64,000 nt of DNA from Eledone cirrhosa (lineage: Eukaryota): contig OZ024762.1 in the NCBI GenBank assembly GCA_964016885.1, forward strand, positions 5,332,001 through 5,396,000. The letters are read 5' to 3'. The translations under genes and the position numbers were made by a program. Below, piece after piece: positions 43,843 through 58,407 of the stretch. Numbering within the stretch: position 1 is the first letter of the stretch; the number at the start of each line of letters is the position of its first letter. Below the pieces are notes generated by a model, which saw nothing but the letters and a program-made list of their open reading frames with translations, was not told the origin of the DNA and ran no database searches.

Positions 43843-44344
43843 AATAGATAGATAGATTGATAGACTACAAAGCTTTCATCGATACGGAATTCAATGAAAA
43901 ATACACATTAAAAAACGTATCAAAAACAGCTTTATGAAACTAAGGAATTTTATCATGAAACACGACATTTAAGTAAGGATAATTCAGGAAATATTCTAAC
44001 ATTCTTACTATCTCAACACAAACCATTGTCTATTCCGAATTATATTTAGATCACAGAAACCAGACGATATTTCAATGGACATGGTCTGATAAACTACGGA
44101 AAATATTGCGCTTACACTAACTCAATATATACAAATGACGTTCGTAAACAGGACATGACACAACATTAAAAATGCAGATTTTCAAAATGAAAAAAAAACC
44201 AGTAACACATGATATTCGTGTATTGTTGTTTGTATAACATTATCGTTTTAGAGTCTGCTCTGATAAAGGTATTTATTTTCATTGAACAGTTGCGGTGTAA
44301 CGAGGCCAACCTTGTTGCGCATCGATATACATTCCTATTATATA

Positions 44345-44405
<61 letters not shown>

Positions 44406-44617
44406 CGTTTCGTTTCTGAATTTGTTTAGCAAGATTCTTTATCTGAAATCGTGTGTTGAAACCGATATTGTTGTACTTTGGGAGGGTCATGTTGCCAATA
44501 AGAAACACACACACACCAGTTGCTTTCACTTCAATTTATTATAATAAATTTATAAATTTATAAATTTCTGGTTGGTTGGTTGGTTCCACAACCAGATAGT
44601 TGTTTATATATTGTCAT

Positions 44618-44790
44618 AGTTCTTTCGTCACACACTCTGTGACCTCTTAAGTGACTGGGGATTCCTTTCTTTGTTTTTGTGCCTCTCCTTTGTTCTGTCC
44701 TACGCCATTTGTTTCAACAAAATGGCGTAGGACAGAACAAAGGAATCCCCAGTCACTGAAGAGGTCACAGAGTGTGTGACGAAAGAACTC
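44618..44790. repeat. Fold-back palindrome with hammerhead core
   Basis: Inverted arms centred near 44713; CTGAAGA-G-GTCACA GAGTG TGTGAC-GAAA-GAAC-TC at 44756-44790. Confidence 0.85.
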
Positions 44791-44973
44791 TTTTTCTAAA
44801 TTATATTTTACGTTATATTTTGACGTTTTTTTGGGGCATTTTTATGGCCCACGTCCAATATTCGCGGCTTTTTCGATCACTATGGGTGTTCTAGGAATGT
44901 AACACTCACGAATACCGGAGGACAACTGTGTGTATATATATATATATATATATATGGGGGGGGGGTATGTATG

Positions 44974-45041
<68 letters not shown>

Positions 45042-45899
45042 TATAACAAGTGTTAGCTCCTCTTTTCATTTTTCTCGGTTTTCCTTTTTTTACTTTCGTA
45101 TGTTTTATTTTTTCCTTTTCTTTCTCATATTTTCTCTTTGCTTCTGTCTTCTAATGAAGGACAATCGCCCAAAACGTTAAGAATCTCTACTATCTCTATT
45201 AAGCGAAGCTATTATTACTATTATTATTATTAAAGCAATGGTGTTTCATGGCCACAGAGACGACATACATGAAGACACTGTACATACAATAAGAGCGACG
45301 ACGTTGGTTAACAAGAACAACTACAATAATAATAATAATAATCGGCAACAAGATAGAAGAAATAAACCTGAAGCAGATGCGAAAGATTAATGGAAGCAAA
45401 AGACGGTGAAATCCGATTAAAGCGAGTTCAAAACTTTGACGAAAAGCGAGCTTATAGCTTAAGGGGCGAATGATGGCGACGTGATGGTGAGACGAAGGTG
45501 AGGCGGAGAGATACGAGATTAGGCGAGGCGGAAACGGAAGACATCGAAAACAGGCGGAATTTAACTAAATACGGTAAAAATCTAAATAATAAAAAAATAA
45601 ATAAATAAACACCGCTAAGTTCAACGAAATAATTGAATAAGATGAAAAATGACGTCGATATTATATAAAATAACTGAAAGACAGTGAAAGCCACAGGGTT
45701 CGGTAGAGGAGCTAGCTACTTTATTTTCGTATGCAGAACATCACTTAATTTGTAAATGCGCGCGCGCGCACACACGCACATATGCACACATACATATACA
45801 AGCATTTACGCATATATATATGCAAACACACATTTACAGACATATATATATACACATATACATACACGCATATACATATATATAAACATATACAGACAC

Positions 45900-46355
45900 T
45901 TGAGAGGGATATACTAGGGAAGAGAATTCCCTAGGCGAGATGTGAGAGAGATATACTAGAGAAGAGAGTTCCATAGGTGAGATGTGAGAGGGATATACTG
46001 GAGAAGAGAATTCCATAGGTGAGATGTGAGAGGGATATACTGGAGAAGAGAGTTCCATAGGTTAGATGGATATACTGGAGAAGAGAATTCCATAGGTGAG
46101 ATGTGAGAGAGATATACTGGAGAAGAGAATTCCATAGGTGAGATGTGAGAGGGATATACTGGAGAAGAGAGTTCCATAGGTTAGATGGATATACTGGAGA
46201 AGAGAATTCCACAGGCGAGATGTGAGAGAGTTATACTAGAGAAGAGATCTCCATAGGCGAGATGTGAGAGGGATATACTAGAGAAGAGATCTCCATAGGT
46301 GAGATGTGAGAGGGATATACTAGAGAAGAGAGTTCCATAGGTGAGATGTGAGAGA
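45900..46355. repeat. 42-bp minisatellite with shorter variant units
   Basis: GTGAGATGTGAGAGGGATATACTGGAGAAGAGARTTCCATAG. Confidence 0.93.
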
Positions 46356-46806
46356 GAAGAAACTATCAGAAGAGAATTTGCTATTACATTTAGGAATTTC
46401 AACTGTAAATGGATGAGACCTAGCCGGTAATTTGGTTTTACCTTCAAACTTTCTTCAGATTCTGGTGTCTTAAATTGAGTAACGGTCTGCGTCGTCATTT
46501 ATATGGTAATACTCACACACACATACATACATACATACATACATACATACATACATACATACATACATACATACGTACCTACATAAACACGCACACATAT
46601 ACACACACATACACACACACATACATACATACGTACCTACATAAACACGCACACATATACACACACACACACATACATATACACACATTCACAAGAACAT
46701 TTACCGCAGTGAATTAACAACCCAACAAGGAACTGGGCATATCAGAGTATTGACAATATTATACACCTAAACAACATATGTACTTGTCTATACCATACTA
46801 ATTCAA

Positions 46807-46861
46807 ACTGCCTGAAGAGGTCACAGCCAAAGATGGCTGTCACTGAAATATATATAGCAGT
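46807..46861 (+). ncRNA. Type-I hammerhead ribozyme motif
   Basis: ACTGC-CTGAAGA-GGTCACAGCCA AAGA TGGCTGTCACT-GAAA-TATATA-TA-GCAGT. Confidence 0.82.
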
Positions 46862-47009
46862 AATAAACGAAGCTAAATTTTAATCATTTGACTTTTATTT
46901 AACTTTATTTTACACTACTCCGGAGTAACCGAACCAACCTGCGCACTTCGTCGAGTGCTCCAGCCTGCATACTGAGGTGTTGGTATACAACCAACATAAA
47001 CTCAAAATC

Positions 47010-47155
47010 TATATTTATATATATATATATATATGTGTGTATATATATATATATATGTGTATATATATATAAATATATATACATATGTATATATATATAT
47101 ATATATACATATGTATATGTATATATATATATACATATGTATATATATATATATG

Positions 47156-47202
<47 letters not shown>

Positions 47203-47245
47203 GTATATGTATATATATATATACATATGTATATATATATATATG

Positions 47246-47277
<32 letters not shown>

Positions 47278-47301
47278 CATATGTATATATATATATATAT
47301 G

Positions 47302-47382
<81 letters not shown>

Positions 47383-47492
47383 GTATATATATATATATAT
47401 GTATATATATATACATATATATATATATGTATATATATATACATATGTATATATATATATATATATATATACATATGTATATATATATATAC

Positions 47493-47568
<76 letters not shown>

Positions 47569-47589
47569 CATATGTATATATATATATAC

Positions 47590-47669
<80 letters not shown>

Positions 47670-47687
47670 GTATATATATATATATAC

Positions 47688-47785
<98 letters not shown>

Positions 47786-47797
47786 GTATATATGTAC

Positions 47798-47870
<73 letters not shown>

Positions 47871-47921
47871 CATATGTATATATATATATATACATATGTA
47901 TATATATATATATACATATGT

Positions 47922-47990
<69 letters not shown>

Positions 47991-48050
47991 CATATACATA
48001 TATATATATATATATACATATACATACATATATATATATATATATAAATA
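47010..48050. repeat. (TA)n tract punctuated by ACATATGT
   Basis: Visible in sequence. Confidence 0.95.
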
Positions 48051-48416
48051 TCATTTTGTCCGACGCTCTAACGATTAAATCAATCCATACTCCTCTGTGC
48101 TGCTGATTCGCGTTGTTGTTGTTGTAGTTGTTGTTATTCCAGGGTCTGTGTGTATAAATGTGGTGGGCTGTATTGGATTGTATTTACATAGAGACATGCA
48201 GCTGACGCATTCATAAAGAGCCATGTCTTTCAATCATCGATGTTATTGTCATCATCATCATCATCACTATACTCATTGTCAACAGAAAGGGGGTTGGAGA
48301 CGGTGATGGTGCGTGACTGGGCCTTGGAACAAAAAAACAAAATGGCGCTTATTTACAATAGAGGAAATAGAGCTGAGGTTACAAGGAGAAAGTTAAACAC
48401 ACGCACGTACACACAC

Positions 48417-48535
<119 letters not shown>

Positions 48536-48536
48536 A

Positions 48537-48763
<227 letters not shown>

Positions 48764-48787
48764 CGTGCGTGTGTTTAACTTTCTCCT

Positions 48788-48920
<133 letters not shown>

Positions 48921-48977
48921 GCGTGCGTGTGTGTGTGTATGCATATGTATATATTAAATGTGCATATATATATATAC

Positions 48978-49165
48978 AGTAAAATGTTTAACCCCGACGG
49001 CAGAGCTCAAGCCATTTCGACGGCTATTTCTGGACTATTCGGGTACAGAAATGGCCGTCGAAGCGGCTTGAGCTCTGCATCGGGGGTAAACATTTCCCTA
49101 CTACCCTAAGTATTGAGTACTCTGGTGCGTTATGGTCCACCTGGTTCCTTACCACACTTCCTTCG

Positions 49166-49208
<43 letters not shown>

Positions 49209-49772
49209 AACCAGTAAGACCCCGACGGCTGAGCTCAAGCCGTCTCGACGGCTAATTCTGGTCCAGAATTAGCCGTCGAAACGGCTTGAGCTCAGCCGTC
49301 GGGGTCTTACTGGTTCCTATTACCCACTCTACTACCCCAAGTATTGAGTACTTTGGTGCGTTATGGTCCACCTGGTTCCTTACCACATTTCCTTCGTTAT
49401 ATATATATATATATATATATATACATACATATATTATATATATGTATGTATATGTGTATACGAAGTGTAGAAAAGAACGACATATGGCGAGGATATAATG
49501 AGTTCGGTTATCTTGTAAAATTCGATTTCGGATAAAGTTACGTTTCTCTCTGTAATATGAATGTGTGTGTATTGTGTGTAATATGAGTGTGTGTGTATTG
49601 TGTGTGTAATATGAGTGTGTGTGTATTGTGTGTGTAATATGAGTGTGTGTGTGTGTGTGTGTTGTTTGTTTTATGCGTGTGTTTGTGTGTTTGGTTAAGT
49701 ATGTCATCTACTTAATGAATGCATACATTCATGTGTATACATACTATATATACAGCAACATATGTATATATA

Positions 49773-49820
<48 letters not shown>

Positions 49821-50046
49821 AACCAGTAAGACCCCGACAGCTGAGCTCAAGCCGTTTCGACGGCTAATTCTGGAGTAAAAAAAAAAAAAAAATTTTTTTT
49901 TTTTTTTAGTCCAGAATTAGCCGTCGAAACGGCTTGAGCTCAGCCGTCGGGGTCTTACTGGTTCCTATTACCCACTCTACTACCTCAAGTATTGAGTACT
50001 TTGGTGCGTTATGGTCCACCTGGTTCCTTACCACATTTCCTTCGTT
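48978..50046. mobile_element. Cluster of three fold-back family A copies (48978-49167, 49205-49398, 49817-50046)
   Basis: Each has a short inverted arm plus a long arm ending CCTTCGTT-(AT)n. Confidence 0.9.
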
Positions 50047-50047
50047 A

Positions 50048-50082
<35 letters not shown>

Positions 50083-50101
50083 CAACATATGTATATATAT
50101 A

Positions 50102-50162
<61 letters not shown>

Positions 50163-50179
50163 CAACATATGTATATATA

Positions 50180-50246
<67 letters not shown>

Positions 50247-50250
50247 CAAC

Positions 50251-50292
<42 letters not shown>

Positions 50293-50309
50293 CAACATAT
50301 GTATATATA

Positions 50310-50351
<42 letters not shown>

Positions 50352-50446
50352 AATATAGATGCTCTTCTATATTAAAACATTTATACTCTCCTATATATTG
50401 AGTACATTACTTACTGTGGTTACCCCCGACTCAACCCGGAATAACT

Positions 50447-50544
<98 letters not shown>

Positions 50545-50622
50545 CACGCGCACACACACACATATATATATATACATATATGCATGTGTGTATGTGTCTG
50601 CGCGCACGTGCGTGGGTACGTG

Positions 50623-50659
<37 letters not shown>

Positions 50660-50768
50660 AGTGAGTGTAACACGGAGTTACTGTAGTGAGCGGAGTTACG
50701 GGTGAACACTCGATGTTGAGGTTCACGTCAGTCTGGAGATGTAGAGCTGACAGGGTGTAATGTAATAA

Positions 50769-50987
50769 TACAATGACGAATGGTTACTCTTTCATTACTT
50801 TTATTGGTTGGTGACGCAAGTTTCGCTACTGGTCACCTCAGAATGTCATCACTACCACAGAGGTCCGACGAGATTTCCATTTCAGAGTCGGGCTAGATCG
50901 ATACAGATCGAACTTTGAGCTGATCAGTAGCGAAACGCGCGTCACCAACCAATAAACGTAATGAAGGAGTAACCATTCGTCCTTGTA
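50769..50987. repeat. Fold-back (about 67-bp arms) with hammerhead 3' half
   Basis: 50769-50835 vs 50921-50987; GCT GATCAGT AGC-GAAA-CGCGCG-TC. Confidence 0.75.
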
Positions 50988-51045
50988 GGTCGGACGTCAT
51001 GCTTTCCACCATAGTTACGTCTCTTTAGAGTCTGAGTTCAAATCC

Positions 51046-52316
51046 CAACAACACCAACACCACCAACACCACCACCACCACCAACACCACCACCAACAAC
51101 ACCACCGCCACCACCACCAACAACAACAACAACACTACCACCAACAACACCAACACCACCACCAACAACAACAACACCAACACCACCAACAACACCAACA
51201 CCACCACCAACAACACCAACACCAACAACAATATCACCACCACCAACAACAACAATAACACCACCAACAACAACAACAACACCACCAACACCAACACCAC
51301 CACCACCAACAACAACACCACCAACACCACCACCAACAACAACAACACCAACAACAACACCACCACCAACACGAACACCACCACCAACACCACCAACACC
51401 AACAACAACGACACCACCAACACCAACACCACCAACAACAACACCACCAACACCACCACCACCATCAACAACAGGATCTATAACAACAACAACAGGAACA
51501 ATAACAACAACAACAGGATCTATAATAACAACAACAACAGGATCTATAATAACAACAACAACAGGAACAATAACAACAACAGGATCTATAACAACAACAA
51601 TAACAACAACAACAACAGGATCTATAATAACAACAACAACAGGAACAATAACAACAACAACAGGATCTATAACAACAACAATAACAACAACAACAACAGG
51701 ATCTATAATAACAACAACAACAGGAACAATAACAACAACAACAGGATCTATAACAACAACAATAACAACAACAACAACAGGATCTATAATAACAACAACA
51801 ACAGGAACAATAACAACAACAGGATCTATAACAACAACAATAACAACAACAACAACAGGATCTATAACAACAACAACAACAGGATCTATAACAACAACAA
51901 TAACAACAACAACAACAGGATCTATAATAACAACAACAACAGGAACAATAACAACAACATGATCTATAACAACAACAATAACAACAACAACAACAGGATC
52001 TATAACAACAACAACAACATGATCTATAACAACAACAACAACAGGATCTATAATAACAACAACAACAGGAACAATAACAACAACATGATCTATAACAACA
52101 ACAATAACAACAACAACAACAGGATCTATAACAACAACAACAACAGGAACAATAACAACAACAACAACAGGATCTATAATAACAACAACAACAACAGGAT
52201 CTATAACAACAACAATAACAACAACAACAACAGGATCTATAATAACAACAACAACAACAGGATCTATAATAGCGATAACAATAAAAAATAATGATGCTAA
52301 CAACAACAACAACAAT
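51046..52316. repeat. (AAC/ACC)n tract, then (AAC)n punctuated by AGGATCTAT and AGG
   Basis: Visible in sequence. Confidence 0.93.
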
Positions 52317-52697
52317 AGCCACAAGATCAATATCAATAATATTGATCTTTTAAACCATAACAAACAATCGCTGTGGAGTGAGGGTGGTCGAGTGGGGGCT
52401 GGTCACGTGACTGAGCCCCCTCACACCACACTATAGTGAGGGTGGGTGTGAGGCTGGTCTCCTATCCCACATTATAGTGAAGGCGGGGGGTGGGGCCTGT
52501 CATGTGACTGGTACAGCCTCCTACAACCCCCCCCCACTGTGAGGTGGAGGCTGGTCACGTGAGCGCCGGCTAGGGTAGGAGATGTCCTTTCATCTTGATT
52601 GTGTGATAAACTTGAAGCGACGACCGACTTCTGCGTTCACATTATATTGTCGTCACAGCCACACCTTCCAATACCACACATACACACACACACATCT

Positions 52698-52728
<31 letters not shown>

Positions 52729-53895
52729 TCTACATACACACACACATCTACATACATACACACACATCTACACACACACACACACACACATCTCCACACA
52801 CACACATCTACATACATACACCCATCTACATACACACACACACACATCTACATACACACACACACATCTACACACACACACACACACACATCTATACACA
52901 CATCTACATACATACACACATCTACATACACACACACATCTACATACACACACACATCTACATACACACACACATCTACATACACACACACACACACATC
53001 TACATACATACACACATCTACATACACACACACACACATCTACATACACACATCTACATACATACACCCATCTACATACACACACACACATCTACACACA
53101 CACACACACACACATCTACATACACACACACATATGAAGAAACACACATGCACACATGTAAACAAAACACACTCATCACACACGCCTTCCCAACCTACAC
53201 ACACTCACACAAGCATATAACGTACACACATACATGTACACATGTAAACACACACTTCTCACCCTAGATACATACATGCGCACAAACATACACATATGTA
53301 TACATGTATACGCTCACATACACACACACATACACATGTATACACACACATATACACAAAAAACAAGACTCACATACACATATACACACACACACATACC
53401 TTCACACATAGAACAAGACTCACATACACATGTACACGCATACATACACAACACAAGACTCACATATATATATATATATATATTCACTCACACACACAGA
53501 ACAAGACTCACATACACATATAAACACATACACACACATAGAACAGTGACTCACATACACATATACACACATACATACACACACAAAACAAGACTCATAT
53601 ACACATGTAGCGGCATTACTTCATAGCTCGTAACAATAATCTTTCATGCGTGATTTGGACCAATCGAAAGTCGCGCGTGAATAAAAACAACTTCCGCCCA
53701 AAGAAGAATTTTGCGCTTCTATTGTTGACTAGACTCTAGTTGCTGTTTTCACTTCAAGGAGTTAACATCCACTTTCCTTTCCGTGTCAACACTAGCAAAA
53801 TTGTAACAGTAAATAAGAAACTTTGGCCCTGTCGGCGAGGGACCCCTTTCTTTGTATCAAACACTTCATTCACTTTTACGGCATGCCGGCACAAC

Positions 53896-54080
53896 ATAAT
53901 TGTTTCTATTTTTGGCACAAGGCCAGCAAATTACCTAGTACATTACTGGTACTTTATTTTATCGACCCCGTAAGGATGAAAGGCAAAGTTAACCTCGGCG
54001 GGATTCGAACTCAGATCGTAAAAGGACGTAACTCTATGCTTCAAAGCATGGCGTCCGACCCTCTACCGATACTGCCAATC
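53896..54080 (-). mobile_element. tRNA-derived SINE (S1), near full length
   Basis: Minus strand A box TGGCAGTATCGG, B box GAGTTCGAATCC, core CCTTTCATCCTTACGGGGTCGATAAAATAAAGTACCAG. Confidence 0.88.
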
Positions 54081-54284
54081 CAACATAATGTAAACTAATT
54101 CGGTTGTAAATAAACCATTGTAAAAATGTTATAAAGCCTTATGATATTTCTGCCACCAACGAATCTTGTATACACACTAAAAACATAATGTAGGACGTGA
54201 TATGGGAAAATCCGTTTTCCCAGCGTTCTATCGCCACAACAGCAAATCTCGACTCACTGAGATTTTAATCTTCGCTGACTCACT

Positions 54285-55358
54285 TACCTACAACTATATT
54301 ACAGATTCATATATGGCTACTACCTACAACTATATTACAGATTCATATATGGCTACTACCTACAACTATATTACAGATTCATATATGACTACCACCTACA
54401 ACTATATTACAGGTTCATATATGACTACCACCTACAACTATATTACAGGTTCATATATGACTACCACCTACAACTATATTACAGATTCATATATGGCTAC
54501 CACCTACAACTATATTACAGGTTCATATATGACTACCACCTACAACTATATTACAGATTCATATATGGCTACCACCTACAACTATATTACAGGTTCATAT
54601 ATGACTACCACCTACAACTATATTACAGATTCATATATGACTACCACCTACAACTATATTACAGGTTCATATATGACTACCACCTACAACTATATTACAG
54701 ATTCATATATGACTACCACCTACAACTATATTACAGGTTCATATATGACTACCACCTACAACTATATTACAGATTCATATATGACTACCACCTACAACTA
54801 TATTACAGATTCATATATGACTACCACCTACAACTATATTACAGATTCATATATGACTACCACCTACAACTATATTACAGGTTCATATATGACTACCACC
54901 TACAACTATATTACAGATTCATATATGACTACCACCTACAACTATATTACAGGTTCATATATGGCTACCACCTACAACTATATTACAGATTCATATATGG
55001 CTACCACCTACAACTATATTACAGATTCATATATGACTACCACCTACAACTATATTACAGATTCATATATGGCTACCACCTACAACTATATTACAGATTC
55101 ATATATGGCTACCACCTACAACTATATTACAGGTTCATATATGACTACCACCTACAACTATATTACAGATTCATATATGGCTACCACCTACAACTATATT
55201 ACAGATTCATATATGGCTACCACCTACAACTATATTACAGGTTCATATATGACTACCACCTACAACTATATTACAGATTCATATATGACTACCACCTACA
55301 ACTATGTTACAGGTTCATATATGGCTACCACCTACAACTATATTACATATTCATATGT
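54285..55358. repeat. 36-bp minisatellite, about 30 copies
   Basis: ACCTACAACTATATTACAGRTTCATATATGRCTACC. Confidence 0.96.
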
Positions 55359-55377
55359 GACGATCACCTAAAACCGA

Positions 55378-55556
55378 ATGCAGTATCGGTAGAGGGTCAG
55401 ACGCCATGCTTTTCAGCATAGTTACGTCCCTTTACGAACTGAGTTCAAATCCTGCCGAGGTTAACTTTGCCTTTCATCCTTACGGGGTCGATAAAATAAA
55501 GTACCAGTAATACACTGGGATAATTGCTGGCCTTGTGCCAAAAGTAGAAACAATTA
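55378..55556 (+). mobile_element. tRNA-derived SINE (S1)
   Basis: A-box remnant, GAGTTCAAATCC B box, same core. Confidence 0.88.
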
Positions 55557-55954
55557 TTAACTTCAATAACGTTACATTCGCCCCACACATACACACATAC
55601 ATACACACAGAACAAGACACACACACACACACATATATACATTCAGAACAAGACCCACACACATATACATACATACAGAACAAGAATCACACACACATAT
55701 ACATACATACATACATACATACACATATAACAACGCTCACACACACATATACCACATATTAATAAATTAAAGAAATAATGAGAATTTCGTAGAGGGAGTA
55801 CAACGAGAATGAAAGATCAGCCGACGGCTATTACATTCATTATTCACGTCCAATTTCTTGTCTCTAATTAATCTTTAAGATGTTTCGTGGTACCAAGACG
55901 TTATCCAGATATCGTGTGTCTGTTTATAAATATATTGTTAATGCTTATATATAC

Positions 55955-56443
55955 CTATTATTGTTGTTGTTGTTGTTGTTGTTATTGATGCTGTTGTTAT
56001 TGTTGCTGTTGTTATTGTTGTTGTTATTGCTGCTGTTGTTATTGTTATTGCTGTTGTTGTTATTGCTGTTGTTGTTATTGTTGCTGTTATTGCTGTTGTT
56101 GTTATTGTTGTTGTTATTGCTGTTGTTGTTATTGTTGCTGTTATTGTTGTTATTGCTGTTGTTGTTATTGTTGTTGTTATTGCTGTTGTTGTTATTGCTG
56201 TTGTTGTTATTGTTGTTGTTATTGCTGTTGTTGTTATTGCTGTTGTTGTTATTGCTGTTGTTATTGTTGTTGTTACTGCTGTTGTTGTGGATGCTGTTAT
56301 TGCTGCTGCTGTTGTTGTTGTTGTTGTTGTTACTGCTGTTGTTGTGGATGCTGTTATTGCTGCTGCTGTTGTTGTTGTTGTTGTTGTTACTGCTGTTGTT
56401 GTGGATGCTGTTATTGCTGCTGCTGTTCTTGTTGTTGTTGTTG
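55955..56443. repeat. (TTG/CTG/TTA)n trinucleotide tract
   Basis: Visible in sequence. Confidence 0.93.
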
Positions 56444-56472
56444 TGTTAAGTCTCGGCTTTTTTATTTAAACA

Positions 56473-56652
56473 TAATTGTTTCTACTTTAGGCACAAGGCC
56501 AGCAATTACCCAGTACATTACTGGTACTTTATTTTATCGACCCCGTAAGGATGAAAGGCAAAGTCAACCTCGGCGGGATTTGAACTCAGATCGTAAAGGG
56601 ACGTAACTATGCTGCCAAGCATGGCGTCCGACCCTCTACCGATACTGCCAAT
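56473..56652 (-). mobile_element. tRNA-derived SINE (S1)
   Basis: Highly similar to 53896-54080. Confidence 0.88.
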
Positions 56653-56689
56653 CCCCTAAACATAATGTACCCAAGGGTATGAAAGTAGG

Positions 56690-57170
56690 TGGCCTAGTGG
56701 TTAGGGTGTTGGGCTGACGATGGTAATGTCCTGATCCTAGATACACACTGCTGTTACACCTGGGGTGGGAGGGGATAGCTGGCCTAGTGGTTAGGGTGTT
56801 GGGCTGACGATGGTAATGTCCTGATCCTAGATACACACTGTTGTTACACCTGGGGTGGGAGGGGATAGCTGGCCTAGTGGTTAGGGTGTTGGGCTGACGA
56901 TGGTAATGTCCTGATCCTAGATACACACTGTTGTTACACCTGGGGTGGGAGGGGATAGCTGGCCTAGTGGTTAGGGTGTTGGGCTGACGATGGTAATGTC
57001 CTGATCCTAGATACACACTGTTGTTACACCTGGGGTGGGAGGGGATAGCTGGCCTAGTGGTTAGGGTGTTCAGCTGACGATGGTAATGTCCTGATCCTAG
57101 ATACACACTGTTGCTACACCTGGGGTGGGAGGGGATAGCTGGCCTAGTGGTTAGGGTGTTGGGCTGACGA
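56690..57170. repeat. 90-bp minisatellite (about 5.3 copies) including a SINE A box
   Basis: GGCCTAGTGG at 56691, 56781, 56871, 56961, 57051, 57141. Confidence 0.95.
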
Positions 57171-58323
57171 CCATAATCTCGCCAGTTCGATTCACAGCTG
57201 CCCCAGTCCACTCCGTAAAAATGAGTTGTACCTGTGATTCAGCTGGTCAACTGTATCACACGCAGAGTCCCGCTGGTGGTGGTGGTGGTGGTAATGGTGA
57301 TGTGGTGGTGGTGGTGGTGGTGGTGGCGGCGGCAGTGATATGGTGGTGGTGTGAAAGGCTCCTTATTAACTAAAGTGAGAAATAGAAATTTTACGACCGT
57401 AACAACTACCATTACTACCACTACCCCCCACCCCCGCACCACCACCACCACCACCACCACCCGAACCTAACCCCTTAAATAACAATTAGCCCCCCCCCCA
57501 CTCTTTCACTCCAACACACGCCTGCACACACTCACACACACATGCACACTTGCTACCACCTTCCAAACCACGCAACCCCGCCCACAAACCCCACCCCAGC
57601 CTCCAATTCCACCGTCACCACTTCACCCGTTTGATACTCCCTCTCCACCCTTAATGTGTCTACTGCCTCCTCTTACTACACCTCTCGCTTCGGTTGAAGT
57701 AGCTTGGAATAAAGGAGATAGACCGGGGGGGGGAGGCATGAGAGGGAAGAAGAAAGAGGGAAAGAAATAAAAAGAGAGAGAGAGAGAGAGAGAGGCAAGT
57801 GAAGACGGAAAGAGAAAGAGAAAAAGGATGAGGGTGAGAGAGAGAGAGAGAAATAAAAGGCAGAGAGAGGTAAGAAGAGAAAGAAAAGAGGGAGAAGGGG
57901 GCGGGCGAGATATGAAAATAAATGGGAGGGGGAAAGAGGAAGAGAGGCGGAGAGAGAAGAGGAGAACAGGTGGAATATATGTGGGAGCGGGTGAGGTGGA
58001 TAGATAGATACAGAGAGAGGGGAGGATAGATAGAGAGGAAGAGGAGGAAAGATAGATAGAGAGGGAGAGGAGGAAAGATAGATAGAGAGAGAGAAGGATA
58101 GATAGATAGAGAGAGAGGGGAGGGGGTGATCGATAGAGAGACAGAGAGAAGGATAGAGAGAGAGAGGAGGATAGATAGATAGAGAGGAGGATAGATAGAG
58201 AGGGAGAGGAGGAAAGATAGATATAGAGAGAGGAGGATAGATAGAGAGAGAGAGAGGAGGATAGATAGATAGAGAGAGAAGAGGATAGCTAGAGAGAGAG
58301 AGAGAGAGAGAGAGGAGGATAGC

Positions 58324-58360
<37 letters not shown>

Positions 58361-58407
58361 GAGTATAGAGAGCTAGAGAGAGAGAAAGAGGAGGATAGAT
58401 AGATAGA

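Noticed and set aside
43865-44340. Possible second, highly decayed Penelope endonuclease region
   Set aside because: Only a vague resemblance with many stops; needs a tBLASTn/HMM search.
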